From assembly GCF_009914755.1 (NCBI RefSeq), contig NC_060927.1: a stretch of DNA of 64,000 nucleotides, one strand, 5' to 3'. The stretch is from the human T2T-CHM13v2.0 reference genome, Homo sapiens. The translations under genes were made by a program, and so were the position numbers. Within the stretch, counting starts at the first letter, position 1; each line of letters starts with the position of its first letter. Positions 1 through 20,118 of the stretch are shown piece by piece. Below the pieces are notes generated by a model. That model searched no databases. It had not been told where the DNA came from and was given only the letters and a program-made list of their open reading frames with translations.

Positions 1-3510
<3,510 letters not shown>

Positions 3511-4079
3511 GAATATCTTTTTAAAGAAATAAATGAGCTGGAATAGGTATCTCCAAGTGATTTTTTATATCTGAAATTCAACACTTTTGAAAGCCTAAGG
3601 ATCCATTGGCTCTTGGTTATAAATGGCTGCACTATTTCCAGCAAGTGAAACTTCTTACAGGTCTGGAAAAAAATGTTTGTGCTGGTTGTGTAAAGGTCCA
3701 TGTGACCTCAAAATGAAGACAGGTAAGTAACCAAATCAGACAGATCCTAGAGATCTACATCTATTTTAGAGATGGAAAAAACAGAGGGCAGGCAAGGGAA
3801 AGCTCCTCACACAAACTTTATTGTTAATGGAAGAATCCACATTAAAAAAAAAAAAAAAAACCCTAGGCTTTAAACAGGGCCATAGCAGCTTGTAAATATC
3901 TATTGACTTCACTGACAGCCTGTGCAAATCCTTCAATGCCACTCAGCCCAGGCCCTTTCAGCACTTGTGGATGAAAGCACTTGGACAATTCTAGTAAGTA
4001 ACATTTTACTAGGGGCAATAAAGGAAAGGTTAATAATAATAATAACAATATTAATAATATGAGACCAAAAAGGAAATGA

Positions 4080-4604
4080 GCAGGAATCAACATTTTCTGT
4101 AATGTCCCAGATAGAAAATGTTTTAAGCTGTGTGGGCCATATTGTCTCTCACAACTATTCAGATCTGCTGCAAAAGGAGGCAGAAGCAATATGCAGACAA
4201 ATGGAGGTGGCTATTTTTCTTTCTTTCTTGGTTTTTTCTTTTTTTTTTTTTTTTTTTTTGAGATGGAGTTTTGGTCTTGTGCCCCAAGCTGGAGCACGGC
4301 CTCCTCCGCCTCCCAGGTTCAAGCGATTCTCCTGCCTCAGTCTCCCTAGTAGCTGGGATTACAGGCATGTGCCACCACGCCCAGCTAATTTTGTATTTTT
4401 AGTAGAGACAGGGTTTCTGCATGTTGGTCAGGCTAGTCTCGAACTCCCAACCTCAGGTGATCCACCCACCCTGGCCTCCCAAATTGCTGGGATTACAGCT
4501 GTGAGCCATCATGCCCGGCCATAGGTGGCTATTTTTCAAAGAAAGTTTACAAAAACAGTCAGTGGGCCATATGTCCCCAAGGGCCATAGTTTGCAGACCT
4601 CTGC
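4080..4604. mobile_element. MER58A-like hAT MITE split by an Alu
   Basis: ttttctgtaa..ccagatagaaaatgtttt...gggccatagtttgcagacctctg resembles the recalled MER58A consensus. Confidence 0.7.
4220..4520 (-). mobile_element. AluS with internal deletion
   Basis: Alu body with poly-T; direct repeat aggtggctatttttc at 4205-4219 and 4523-4537. Confidence 0.92.
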
Positions 4605-4609
4605 TATCA

Positions 4610-5037
4610 AGAAACAACATGAAGGAAAGCAACCTGTTCATGGCAAGAGTAACACCATCTTGAAGCAAAACCATCACAATGGCCAATGTTTGACTCCTAT
4701 CTACCAAGGCGTTCCTGCAGCAAGGTCAAGAAACTATGCCTGTGGCATGGACAACTTCTCATAAAGATGCTTATCTAACTTTCCCAGTGGCCATGAGTTT
4801 CACAAGAGGGTTTGAGACAGGATACATGCTCTACCCTAAAACCTGGCTGGAGAAAGAATACTTTCTGGAGGGCTCAAGAATCCACCACCTCACAGCTGCC
4901 TAAGACATCGCTTCTGTGCCTAAGTCCCTATTAAATGTTTCTTTCTGAGAAACCAGATTTGTCAGCTTCTTTCTTCAGCCTCTCAGCACCCTGAGCCTTT
5001 GGAGATGGGGTTGCACATACCTGCTCACCATGGAACA
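4610..5037 (+). mobile_element. ERV1 solo LTR (MER34/MER39-like)
   Basis: aagtccctattaaatgtttctttctgagaaac...cctgctcaccatggaaca resembles the MER34/39 U5 end. Confidence 0.6.
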
Positions 5038-6314
5038 CAACAGAAACAGTTAGTCTTTGCACCTGTAGTGATAGTGCCTACCTAATGGGGTTATTGTGAA
5101 TCGAAAATAAAGTATCACATGAAAATGCTTAGCAATGGGTATAGGACGTAGTAGTTAGTCAATACATATTAACTATTATTATTATTAGGCATATTTGCAT
5201 ATTCTTTTGCTATTTTCAGTTGGCCACTTACTTTATACATGGACACTCTGTGGGAAATTATTTCGATGTTGTTAAAACTCAAAATTAATTTTTTTCCTGC
5301 ACTGAGACCTTGTATAATAGTTCAGAAGGAAGATAATTGGATGTATCTCCCCATAAGGTTGAAAGCCTCCACAATCAAGCTTTTATTAAAGAACGAGTAC
5401 TACCATTGTGACCACAGAAGATAGAATTCGACACCAAGGTAAGAGGAATTTTCACTTTTATTTATTCCTCATAGGGTAGGAACAGCAGGGAGAAGGTACA
5501 TGGGAAATTTCTGAAATGAAATATGAAGCCCCGCAGTTTGCTGCAAGAGCCCTATTCACCCCGTAACATGTTCTGCTTGGTCATAATTGATCCTTTAAAT
5601 GAACATACTGCCTTTCTTGGAAATTCCTTGAAGAAAGAGAGGCTTCATGACTTGTCTGTCACATAGTTCTTCCTCATACTTCTCCGTGATGGTGAATAGC
5701 AAATGTGGCAATTCTGTGCCTCCAAACCGCATCCCTCATGACAACGGAGCCACTAATGAAGAGATGAGCTCCACCTTAGATCTTTACTCCTGACAGGAGT
5801 ATTAAAAGTCAAACTGGCCTCACAAATGTGTAGACCTCCAAAGGGTAGGATTTTAGGTCACTAAGGCTCTCTGCCAAAAAAAAAAAAAAAAAAAAAAAAA
5901 ACCCTTCTAGCTTATACAAAACACAAGACAAGATTTATACACAGAAATAATCACTGCAATATTACTAGTAATGCCAAATAGAAGGCAATCAATGTATATC
6001 AGTAGGGCAATTATTAAATACTATTATATAGCCATTAAAAGAATGTTTATTAAGTATTTTAATATGAGGGAAATATACGTAATTACATATGAAGAGAAAC
6101 AACATAAAATCATGCAGTATGATGTTAAATTTAATTGAAAAAAAAGGTGGAACACAAACAAAATAAGACTGGAAAGTAAATACATCAAGCAAAATACTAA
6201 TGGTATTTGCCGTGGGTGACGGCATCATTGTGATTCTTCTTTTACATTATAATTTTCTATATTTTATACATTTTATTCATTGAACATGTTTCACTTTTAA
6301 AATCAGAACAATAG

Positions 6315-6685
<371 letters not shown>

Positions 6686-6692
6686 TTATCTG

Positions 6693-6788
6693 ATCACAGA
6701 TTATCTATCTGTGATTATCGATCACAGATTATCTATCTGTGATTATCGATCACAGATTATCTATCTGTGATTATCGATCACAGATTAT
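6693..6788. repeat. 28-bp tandem repeat, 3 perfect copies plus a partial; each unit is a hairpin
   Basis: Unit atcacagattatctatctgtgattatcg starts at 6693, 6721 and 6749, with a partial copy at 6777. Confidence 0.95.
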
Positions 6789-7305
6789 TAACCTGCTTAC
6801 AGATTATTTCACAGAGATATTATCTCTGACAAAAGAGAAAAAAATCACCTTCAGGGACCTGAAAACTTTAAATACTATTTTTTCAGTTAGTTCACTGATT
6901 ATATACTGACCATCAGATTGGAAATTCTGTTTCTTTCTTTGTTTGTTTGTTTGTTTGGACTACCCCACCCCATTTTTCTCACTCCAAGTAACAGTATCCA
7001 ATACCCCAATATTCTTCTGGCAAACTACACCCTTCACTATTTGCAGCTGATGTGCTTCATGCAGAGTTGACTCTGACCCCAACTCTAGGAGAGGGCATGT
7101 GACAACAAGCATAGTATTCCAATGGCCACACAAATAAATTTAAAAAGCAAAAATGATTCAGTCAGAGCCAGTGAGAAGAAAGAGTATTTGGCTAAGACTA
7201 TTGAAAGAAAGGCAAGTTCTTTTTTCCACTTGAAGTGGTACCTGGGGATGTGTAATCCTAGAGTTATCAGAGGGCTCCTTGTGAAGTATAACAATAAAAC
7301 CCAGC

Positions 7306-8808
<1,503 letters not shown>

Positions 8809-11318
8809 ACATGGAAAAGAATGCAGAAACCACTAAGAATAAGTAAGCAACACTAAACTAGTCTTGCCAAACCAACCTCATATAGTCTTTTGATAGCCGA
8901 TCTTAACCAACTGGTTAGGACAATCATTAACACACACTTTATCTGATTTTCAAAAGTCTCTCTTGAGGATTTTTGCTTCTGAATGTAGAATGCTACAAAG
9001 AACATCACACTCCCCCTAACAACCAGGAAAAAATAGAGATAATCCACGAAGTCATAAATTTTCTTGAACTCATCAGATAGCTAAGGTTTCAAGGAAATCA
9101 AGTAAACCAAATTCCAAAGAACAAGTTCTTCCAAAAAGAAACAGGTTAAAACAATGTTTTTACCTTTTGCATCTCATGAAAGTGATGTTGGCCATATGAG
9201 TGATAAGAAGAAATGAGCTAAAATTTTAACAAATTTATAAAGTCCAAGTTTGGACTACAGCATCAGTTTAGCTTGAATATCTAAAGGTCTGAGACTCAGA
9301 AAGAGGCTGGCATCCACTCAGAAACTCTTCTTCCCAAGCATCAGTTGGTGTTCATCAGACAGACTGGGGGCAGAGGAGGACATCAGAGAGAGCTCCCTTT
9401 GGCAGCATAGGTCTGAAGGAGGTGACTAATGGCTCCAGGAGACAGGCTCAACTTCCCTCTTACTTCTCTGGACTCTTCTCTCCTACTATTTAAGCTTCTG
9501 GAATGAGATAGTAACTGACAAAGGCCAATTACTTCTAAGTAAGAAACCATCTGCCAGGACACAAGCAAAAATCAATTGAAGCCGGATGAAGGATAAAGGC
9601 AAAAACTTTTACCATTCACTATTCTGAAACCAGGATTCTACATTAAAATCAAATGAAATTAATAGCTAGTGGAGAAGCAAGAAACTCTCACCTAAGAAAA
9701 CTACAAGTATAAGACAGATTTGGCTGCCACAGAGAGGGAGAATATGAATATTGACAAAGCACTACTCCCTGAAGCTAAGATACAAAGGGATTACCTAAGA
9801 CTAAGTCTGGACAAGTGCAACAGATAACCCTGTCTACCTCTACTACAAGCCTAGCACTGAGTCATAAGCCCAGGAGGATACCACTGGGAGAGAAACAGGA
9901 GCACAAAGAGAGACCACTTCTACAATACAGGAATGCATAGATGACGAAAAAGTGAAGGAGTATCCAGATGATTTGATTTCAACACCTGTGATCCTAATCA
10001 CTTCTAAGCCCAAAAGATCAGAGATTTAAGACTTATACAAAAAGGGATCTGGAGGTTTTGTTTCTCACAAGTTCAAAATAAGCCCAAAGTATAAAATAAC
10101 TGCTAAACTAATAAGTACTGTGTGGGGCTTATGTAGCAGTACTAGTACTGGTACTGGTAATAACAGGCTACATCAAAAGCATAAAGTACACTGAGATATG
10201 AGCAGAAGGTTTGAAGTCAATCTGCCTATGCTTAATTTCTGTTTTTTTTGCTTCTTAGATGCCAGATTTGGGTATATTATATAGTTTCTCAGTGCCTCCT
10301 TTTGTAAGATTGAGGTTAACAACCCACTTGAGTCAGGAGAGAAGAGAGAAACTCATAATATATGCACACATTTTTCAATTCATCTCATCAGAAATATATC
10401 AAATAAAGTCAATGTGACATGTTAAATATAAACATGAAATAAGATAGTCTCAGATCTCTCCATCTACCCAAACTTAATTCTTGGATAGTTTTGTTTTAGA
10501 ACTGGCCTCAAAACATGAAGCATTTTTCACAATATTATCTTCTAAGTACTGATTCTGAAACTCAAGTACCAGAGTTTCAAAATCCTTCAGCCATAGTTCC
10601 CCCAAGAAGGCAACAGATTCTGGAAATGCTGAAGTGATTACAGTTTTAGCCAGGGCCCTGCATGTGTACCCACTGAAATCAGAGTGTCCTGGCCTGAGGA
10701 CATTATATTTCTCTGGAAAGCATTCAGGACATTTGGGCCTCCTCTCTGTTCTTTTTCTGAGGGGCCATTTCAGGTACAGCTGTACTCATTGTCCACAAGA
10801 ATAGCCTTAGGCTGAGGGAAAAGTTGAGGAGATGGTATTCTGAGCTGCCTTTCAACTCTACCCAGCCTGTGGTTTCAGGCAGCTTACCAAGGTTTATATG
10901 AAGGGCACTCAGAAGTAGCTATGAGCCAATTTGTCAAGTCAACCTACTCTGTCTAGTCTTCACAAAGCCTTGAAATGGGCACCCAAAATGAATCTCTTCT
11001 GGATCCATCGGCAAATGACTAACTCCCTCACCAAAGTGCCAACTCAAGTTCCTGTGCTCTGTCTTCCATGGGCCTGAGGACCCTATACGGTTCGGCACTG
11101 TTAATCATTTGCCAATAGATTTACTCCTTATTTCGTTATTTATGAGTAATTGACACAACAACTGCCATAAATTTCCAGTTCCCATTTGATTTAATGTTTC
11201 CAGATATGCTTTTTCTTTCCTTGACCAAAAAATTCACAGCACTTTGAAAAAAAAATGAGTATTACTTAAATTTCTTAAGATGTTTCACAGCGATTTTATC
11301 TGTTTTCAAAATGTTTAA

Positions 11319-11320
<2 letters not shown>

Positions 11321-11352
<32 letters not shown>
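11321..11352. repeat. (TG)16 microsatellite
   Basis: Direct reading. Confidence 0.97.
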
Positions 11353-11356
<4 letters not shown>

Positions 11357-11418
11357 GGCAAGGACCCCAAGAAATCATCTGTATTGAGCCTCGGTTCAAT
11401 CCAGTAAGGTATTATTAT

Positions 11419-11864
11419 TGAAACTGGCCCAATTGTCTCATAGAAGTGATCTTTATAGTCTTTTAAAATAAAAATATTAAAATTGACTCAGGTCTTGAAG
11501 ATTGAAACTTACATTTGGCCCTCCCTTAGGAAACCCACCCTCAGGACTCCTGAATAGTATCAAGGAACTGAAACTCACCAGATCATCACATTCAGACAGT
11601 GAGAAACCAGGTCCCTCATTCCTCATGATTTCCTTACCACTCCCTAATTCCTGTTTACCCAATGTAGTTACTTACATTCCTTTCCTGCTGCATAAACCCC
11701 AATTGTAGTCAGTCAGGATATGGATTTGAGACTGATCTCCCATCTTCTCAGCTGCAGCACCCAAATGAAAGTCATCTTCCCTGGCAATACTTGTTGTCTC
11801 AGTGATTGGCTTTCTATGCAGCCAGCAGCAGGACCTAGACTGAAACCCTGGTGTTTTGGTAACA
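11419..11864 (+). mobile_element. LOR1-type ERV1 solo LTR
   Basis: TGAAACTGGCCCAATTGTC...GGTAACA termini (TG...CA) with a 4-bp TSD TTAT. Confidence 0.85.
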
Positions 11865-12089
11865 TTATCTCCACCTTGTAAATAGGCCAGTGTTAAAGAG
11901 AGGTGAAGTGCTGCATGGTTGTAAGAATAAATAATGTTAGAGCCAACACAACAATGTTGGTCTCCAGCCTCCTGATGTTGTGTTTCTTTCAATTACACCC
12001 TAATGTTTTTTCTACCATCAGCAACTAAAGTAGCACTTCCAAAATTTAACAAAAACAAGAGGCAACAAACCATTATTTAAGGCAAGGAC

Positions 12090-12690
12090 TTAAGCCATGG
12101 CCTGCCATTTACTTTGCCAAACGAACCTGGTAATGTCACTTAACCTCCCTATGCCTAAATTTTCGTATTCATAAAAGAGAGATGACAGTTCCTTAGTGGG
12201 TTGCTGAGAGGATTAAATAAATTACTATGTGTAAAGTTCTTAGTCCAGAACTTGGCTCAGATCAATCACCATATAAGTATTTGCTCTTACTATTGCCATC
12301 CCTACTCTCAGCTTGCTCCTACTTTTCCTTTGGGGATTAAATGGCATTATCATCTTTCCTCACTGGACAAGCTAAGAACCTTAGAGACATCCTTAATAAC
12401 TACTCATCCTGTTACCTCTTCTTTCTTACTTCCCAGTCTTTGGATTATGAAGTCTTCTTAATTCTATCATTTAAATATCTATTAAATCCATTTTTTACTC
12501 AGCGTCCTGTCTGACAAGACTATATAGTTTAGTCCTATTCCTCTCACCTGGACTATTTCAAATACTTCCTCACTGTTCTCTCTTCCAACCAACTTTGCTC
12601 ACTCAATGATGTAACATCCTTTAAAATATCCTACCATATTACTCTCTGCTTCAAAACTTCCAGTGGCTTCCACATTGTGTCATCCAGGCT
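12090..12690. mobile_element. MIR and L2 remnants
   Basis: MIR core (cacttaacctccctatgcct...gttgctgagaggattaaat) followed by L2-like ctctcacctggactatt...cttccagtggcttcc. Confidence 0.6.
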
Positions 12691-13034
12691 GGCATCACAA
12701 TCATTCTGACCAAATCCAGCTCCACCATCAAAGATTCTAATTCAGTAGGTCTAGAATGGCACCTAGGAATCTATTTTGTGTGTATTCCCCCACCTGATTC
12801 TATAGATCAATATTTGAGAATCATTGGAAAGGATACTCATTAGAATGCCTTATAAAGTTCTTCAAAATCATACTCCACCCTCCAGGCAAATGAAATGTCA
12901 TCTTTCCCCTTGAAGTTTTCTTTGACTAAATTGTTCCTTCTTCTGTGTTCCCACAGTTCTGTATGCATAGCTCTCAATATGATACCTATTATATCACACT
13001 TTCATTATATTTGTAGCCCTGGGTTCCTAACTTG

Positions 13035-13228
13035 CAGGGACAACTTCATGGGCACACAACCTGTGTGGTCACACAGGGCCCACACTCAGAAGGGCCCTAC
13101 GCTCAGAAGGTCCCTACACTTGGCTTAATGCTCTGCTATCACCATCCTGAAATTCTTAATAATTGTTGAACAAGGGACACCTCGTTTTCACTTTGCACTG
13201 GGTCTTGCAAATTATGTACTCAGCACGG
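13035..13228. mobile_element. MER91A-like hAT MITE
   Basis: cagggacaacttcatggg...ctcagaagggcc...tttgcactgggtcttgcaaattatgta. Confidence 0.65.
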
Positions 13229-14269
13229 CCACTCGATTGTGAGCTGCTTGAAAACAGAAGCTATTTGCTATTCTTTCAAAATCCTCCTTGGTTAGCACAG
13301 AGGACTCCTGGCAAAAAGTAGAGGTTTCTTAAATACTTGTTGGGTTTATACATGAATGGATGAAAAGATAAAGTATCTCATAGAAAAATAGTATAGTATG
13401 GTTAATTAACTCTGAAGAATAAGCTTTTGTTATTCTTGGGGGAGAGGAGGACTAATTGATAAAATCCTGAGACTATTGACCATTGACCTCTCCAAATAAA
13501 TAACATAACATTTTCTAGGTTTATTTTTAAATTACTCAAACCACTCCTACTTTTGAGCTCTGCTGCATCCCTGTTCTCAGAATGCAAAATTGCAGTTAAT
13601 AGAGCTTGCAATTACGCTATCATGCCCGGAGTTTTTGTGCCAGGTACTGTGTTAAATTCTGGGTGTAATGGGAAGGGGAAGGGATAAGCCAAGAAAATGT
13701 TAATTGAGCAGGGTCCCTGTCTTCAAGAAGCAATTAAATTTCACTCCTCTAAAATTTATATCGAAGATGAGTTGACTTCATGGGAGTTCTGCAGCAATGA
13801 ATTGAGAATAAAGACATTAGACTTGGCCAGTGGCCCAGCTTCCTGAACATTTCAAATGACAAAATGTCTCAGCCTGAACACAATTCCCCCACTATGAGAT
13901 CTGTGGGTTCACTAGTTAACATTGGCAACTGACTCAGAGGTGCTCATGGAGCATAATAAACAAGTGGCTATTGAGGTGGGGGAGGTGCTTTTGCTCCCCG
14001 GTGTTAGAGAAGAAAAGACGAACATCAGCTATCAAAGTGAGCCAAGTAATTGGTGGAAAAAAATGTTCCTAGCTCCTGCTGAAGGCATGACAGGACTTCC
14101 AATGTGGTAACGACCACACACCACCCTGCTGCCACGTTATGTGCCCATTACTAGGTTCTCCGAAATGACATGGAAGTCCAAAAAGAGTTTACCGTGCTTT
14201 TCCACTGCTAGTTTTTAGTTACCCACTACTGGTTGGTATAATATCAGTTACAAAATTAAGAGATTCTAG

Positions 14270-15158
<889 letters not shown>

Positions 15159-15340
15159 CTAACATGAAAAAGATACATATTTCTAAGTATATGTATATTT
15201 TTTAAGAATAGAATTTTTAAATCAATGGAATAATCTTGTTTTGCCATGATGCAAACAAACGGATGATATCCAAAAACAATATTCATGTTGTTTTTCAACA
15301 TGTAGCGGGGAAAAGGGAAATTATGAGGCAACAATATGTT

Positions 15341-15628
15341 CAGTGATGTGCTGGTAAGTATTTAACAAATGGCCTTCAGGCGGGGCAGGGTGGAAGTCCC
15401 GTTGTAGTATCCACAGATTTCTGTGGCATAAATAGCACCAACATTATTTATTTCAAGCTACCAATGTGATGTCACTGAATTAGGAGTTGGGAAGAAATAC
15501 AATTGCACCATGCTGTGTAATACCACTACCTAGTATTTCCATGATACAGATAAATTAGGTGCAAATAATCTCAAAAGCACAGATAAGTATGAAGATAGAG
15601 CAAAATAGTTAGAAAGTGGTGAATTTTA
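15341..15628. mobile_element. MER63-like hAT element
   Basis: cagtgatgtgctggtaagtatttaaca...ttcaagctaccaatgtgatgtcactgaa. Confidence 0.6.
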
Positions 15629-15630
15629 GG

Positions 15631-15930
15631 TTTTTTTTTTTTTTTTTTTGAGACGGAGTCTCACTCTATCCCCCAGGCTGGAGTGCACTGATATGATCTC
15701 AGCTCACTGCAGCCTCAACCTCCTGGACCAAAGCGAGCTTCCCACCTGAGCCTCTCAAGTAGCTGGGACTACAGGTGGATACCACCACATCCAGATAATT
15801 TTTTTGTATTTTTATAGACAGGGTTTCACTATGTTGCCCAGGCTGGTCTGGAACTCCTGGGCTCAAGCAATCTGCACGCCTCAGCCTCCCAAAGTGCCGG
15901 GATTACAGGCTTGAGCCATGGCGCGCAGCC
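15631..15930 (-). mobile_element. AluJ
   Basis: Poly-T followed by a reverse Alu body. Confidence 0.9.
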
Positions 15931-16456
15931 TGCATTTTTTATTGACATGTCTGGTGGTAAACTCATGAAGCATATTTACTTCATTCTTTAGATCCTTATT
16001 TGCCATTTCAATATTTTTACAATAAACATATGTTACCTTTATAATCAGAAAAGAATTCAAAGGTTTTTTTATTTTTTGTCTTATTTGTTAAGGCCTAGAG
16101 AAAAATATCAGGGAACGTTACTTTTTAAAAGTCTCACTGGAACAAAACACTTCCCCAAAAGATTGATTGTGTTAAGGTGTAACTAAAGAGCAATGTTAGA
16201 ATCAATTAAGCCATGATACCTTCGTTCAGCCATGGTATAAGGAAATGGTTCTAAATTCCTTCAAAATAGAAATACAAAACGTCAGGACTCAAAGAGATTT
16301 GTGCTCCCAGACATTCTCATACTCTCACTTTACAAATAAGGAAGCTAAAAAAGGTAGGTGTTTTCCCAACGTATGCACAAGGTAAGTAGAAGATAACCCA
16401 GCTCCTCTCCATTTATAAGTGGTCTCTACGGCCTATGAATAAAAGTACATATTCCT

Positions 16457-16817
<361 letters not shown>

Positions 16818-17254
16818 TTACTCAATTGGTTAATTGCTAAGCCCTTGGCTTTTCCTACCTTTATTTAGATGATAGCAGCTCACACCTCGCCAGAACTGTT
16901 TACTTCTCAAAACATGTTTATATGGATTATCTCCACTGATCTTCATGAGAACTCTGTGAGTCTGGTGGGGGTAAGAAGGACCAGTCCTATTTTACAGGTA
17001 TAAAAACTGAGGCTAGAGCAGGCAAGCGGCTGGCCCAAGGCCGGTGAGAGCCAGGCCTCCCGTCCCGTCCCAGTGCTCTCCCAGAGTTTCCTCCTCGAAG
17101 CCTTTCTGAGGCAGTCATTTAGGTGAACCTTCGCTGAAGGCCACTTTCTCACCTTTCCTTCCTTCTCCCTCCAAAAGCTTCTTTCTACCTTTGGGTCCTG
17201 TCTCATTTCGCAGTTAAAGATATTATTTTCAGGTCACCTAGGGTTGCTCTTTAG

Positions 17255-17610
<356 letters not shown>

Positions 17611-19958
17611 TAACTCCAAAATGGAAGATAATCCCAGGCATCTTTAGGCCTCAGAATATTCTTCTTTATTTGACATGAGGTCTAAACCCTAGCATGTTGT
17701 TTTCTCTTGAAATTTGAAGTAATTTCTACCACAAGAGAAATTACGTTTGCAAAGGTTCAAGTAAAGTATATTATAAAGCATGAAACTAAACACTTTGGTG
17801 TGACACATTTCTGGACTTGGAAGTCAGAGAAGACAGACTTATTTAAGCTACTCGAATTATCTAGAAGAAAAAAGAAACTCAAATTATCTATAACAGAACA
17901 GATGCTGGGGAATCTAAGAAGACTGGATGTTGATGTTCTCCTTAGCTTTGTTTTATGAAGGAAGGGAATGTGTTCTGTTAAGAGTGGAATGTTCTCCGGA
18001 AGAACTGGAAAACGTATCAGTGGGCTATGTTCAGGTCCAGAGACAAAAGAGCTGTCAACTTAAACTAACCTGTGCGGTGCCTCAGCTCCTGGACTTACTG
18101 GTTGATGCAACCTTAGGGAAAGCCTGTGTGCATCAATTTCCTCATCTTTAAAGTTAGAATCACAGCATCTACCTCATAGGGTTGTGAGGAAAACTAAATT
18201 AGCTAGTGGCCAAGAAAATGCTGTGTATACTAAAAATCACTACAAAATATGTAGACTATATATATAGCTTGATAATTTTTAAAGTTTACTGCTCTGGGCA
18301 AGGGATGGAGGAGTGAGTTAAAAAGGAACACAGTGTCAGACACAGCAACAGGCAGGTGGCCAGGTTTCTGTAGGCAGAAGAGGATGGAGAGCTCAGGAGT
18401 GCATACTAATTGCTGCACCTCTGCTGAGACTACTGGCCAAATGGCTGCCTACCAGAAAACACAGTGTCCCTTTCCATATTAAAGGGCCTCTCCTAACTGG
18501 GCTTTCAGCTGCATACAAAACTACGTGGAGTTCTCCATGCATCTGATGGTGCCATTATGAAGATGAACTGTTAACTAAATTGCTTTGGTGGAATATGTAT
18601 GCTAGGGAAGAGGTAACAGTTTCCCTACAACCATGAATGTCTTCTGGAAAATAAATGATTCTTATTGAGACTTGAAAGACAAATTGTCTGAGAGCAGAAA
18701 GGGGTTTACTGGAAAAGAGTGAGTGTATTTCTAAATGAGAGAGAAAAAAAATGTTTCAGAGGAAGGAGCCCCTGCCTTCTGGTGAAGAGTATTCAAGATG
18801 AAGATAAACTTTTCAACTTAATATCGAGAGTAATGAGATATTCACTTCCTAAAGAAAACTCTTTAAAGAAACAAAGATGATATCCAACGTGGGCTAGCAA
18901 GCCATTTCTGGTGACATTTGTGGAGGGGCTGAAGGCAATTCATTTGGCAGTCAAATCTGAATGAAGTAAAGGATATGGTTAAGAAAGGCACCTGAATTAA
19001 TGTACATTTTACTTCTTTATAATTTTTTCAGCTTTGATAGCAGAAGGGATCTACTCTTGAAAGTCCAAAAAATGTTGTTGCTATAGGAACAGGTAAGCAG
19101 ATTAGACTTGAAAGACCAGTTTAGGAACAAAGAATGTAATAGTCAGGGCTAAAGCAATTAACCAAGAAAACATTTTAAGTAAATATCTTTCAGGTTTGTT
19201 ATTTACATATTAATTCCAGGAAGATTAAATGCTATTATGGAATGAGAGCGTCACATTTTAACATTTTAATTACATCATTACTGGCATAAAAGACTATGCT
19301 TACACAATTAGCAGAAAGATCTTATTAAACAGAAGTACATATTTCTAACTCTCTCTTGATTATATTGTAATTGAGAAATACAGTTTTAAATTCATCCTGA
19401 GCATGAAAGTCATCTTTGATTTTCCTATAGTTCTCAAGATAGAAGCACATCTAAAATCAAAGAGATACTGAACTACCGAAAGTTTTCTGTAACCAATCTC
19501 TATAATGAGGAAGCCACAAAAGTAAAATTCTAGAAGAAAACAGAAATGTGTGTAGGCTGATAATTGTTAATATTGCATGTCTTCCCTGTCCAACAGACTC
19601 GGTGAACAAGACATTTGAGAAGAGAAGGTCAAAGACCCAGCTGCACTTCTGCTTCACTGCTGAACTTCTGCTTCTTCCTATCAGGGAATACACTGCTCCT
19701 CACATTAGGGATTTCCTAAAATTGTTAGGTGTTTTGAACAGAACTGGCTATACCAATGAGGCTCAAACAAGAATCATAAAGTGCATGGTGCTTCTCTCCC
19801 TCTCTGTTTTCTTTAAAAAGAAAACATTCTTGACAAGATGAATACAATATTTTCATTCTAGCAAATTTCTGCTGTCAGAGGTTATATTTACAGGATAGAG
19901 AGATTTCTCAAACATGACCTTTTCTCGTGTAATACCAGAGTGAAATTTTAGAAAAGTC

Positions 19959-19974
19959 TGTGTGTGTGTGATGC

Positions 19975-20006
<32 letters not shown>
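19959..20006. repeat. Interrupted (TG)n microsatellite near the ATP13A4 exon 1 donor
   Basis: Direct reading. Confidence 0.95.
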
Positions 20007-20058
20007 CTCGCAGGCTGAGAAGTGGGATGGGAAGAAGGGAATGTGGCTAGAATCTTAC

Positions 20059-20118
20059 CATCTCATTCTCTTCTCCTTCATTGAGCAGAGCGTGCTGGCC
20101 CTTCTCAAAGTGTCCCAT
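20059..20118 (-). CDS. ATP13A4: ATP13A4 coding exon 1 (P5B-type ATPase), aa 1-20
   Basis: Minus strand reads MGHFEKGQHALLNEGEENEM from the ATG at 20118-20116, matching the recalled human ATP13A4 N-terminus. It is followed directly by a canonical phase-0 donor ATG|GTAAGA (GT at 20058-20057). Head-to-head position with OPA1 agrees. Confidence 0.95.

Noticed and set aside
4102-4524. Alu-derived ORFs (this one and many similar, e.g. 17329, 36382, 41572, 48810)
   Set aside because: Typical Alu translation strings ([24 protein letters not shown]), not genes.
5876-5901. Isolated poly-A as a retrocopy tail
   Set aside because: No recognisable element body or TSD; most simply a mononucleotide run.
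6693-6788. 28-bp palindromic repeats as a CRISPR array
   Set aside because: Units are directly tandem with no unique spacers, the DNA is primate, and there are no cas genes.
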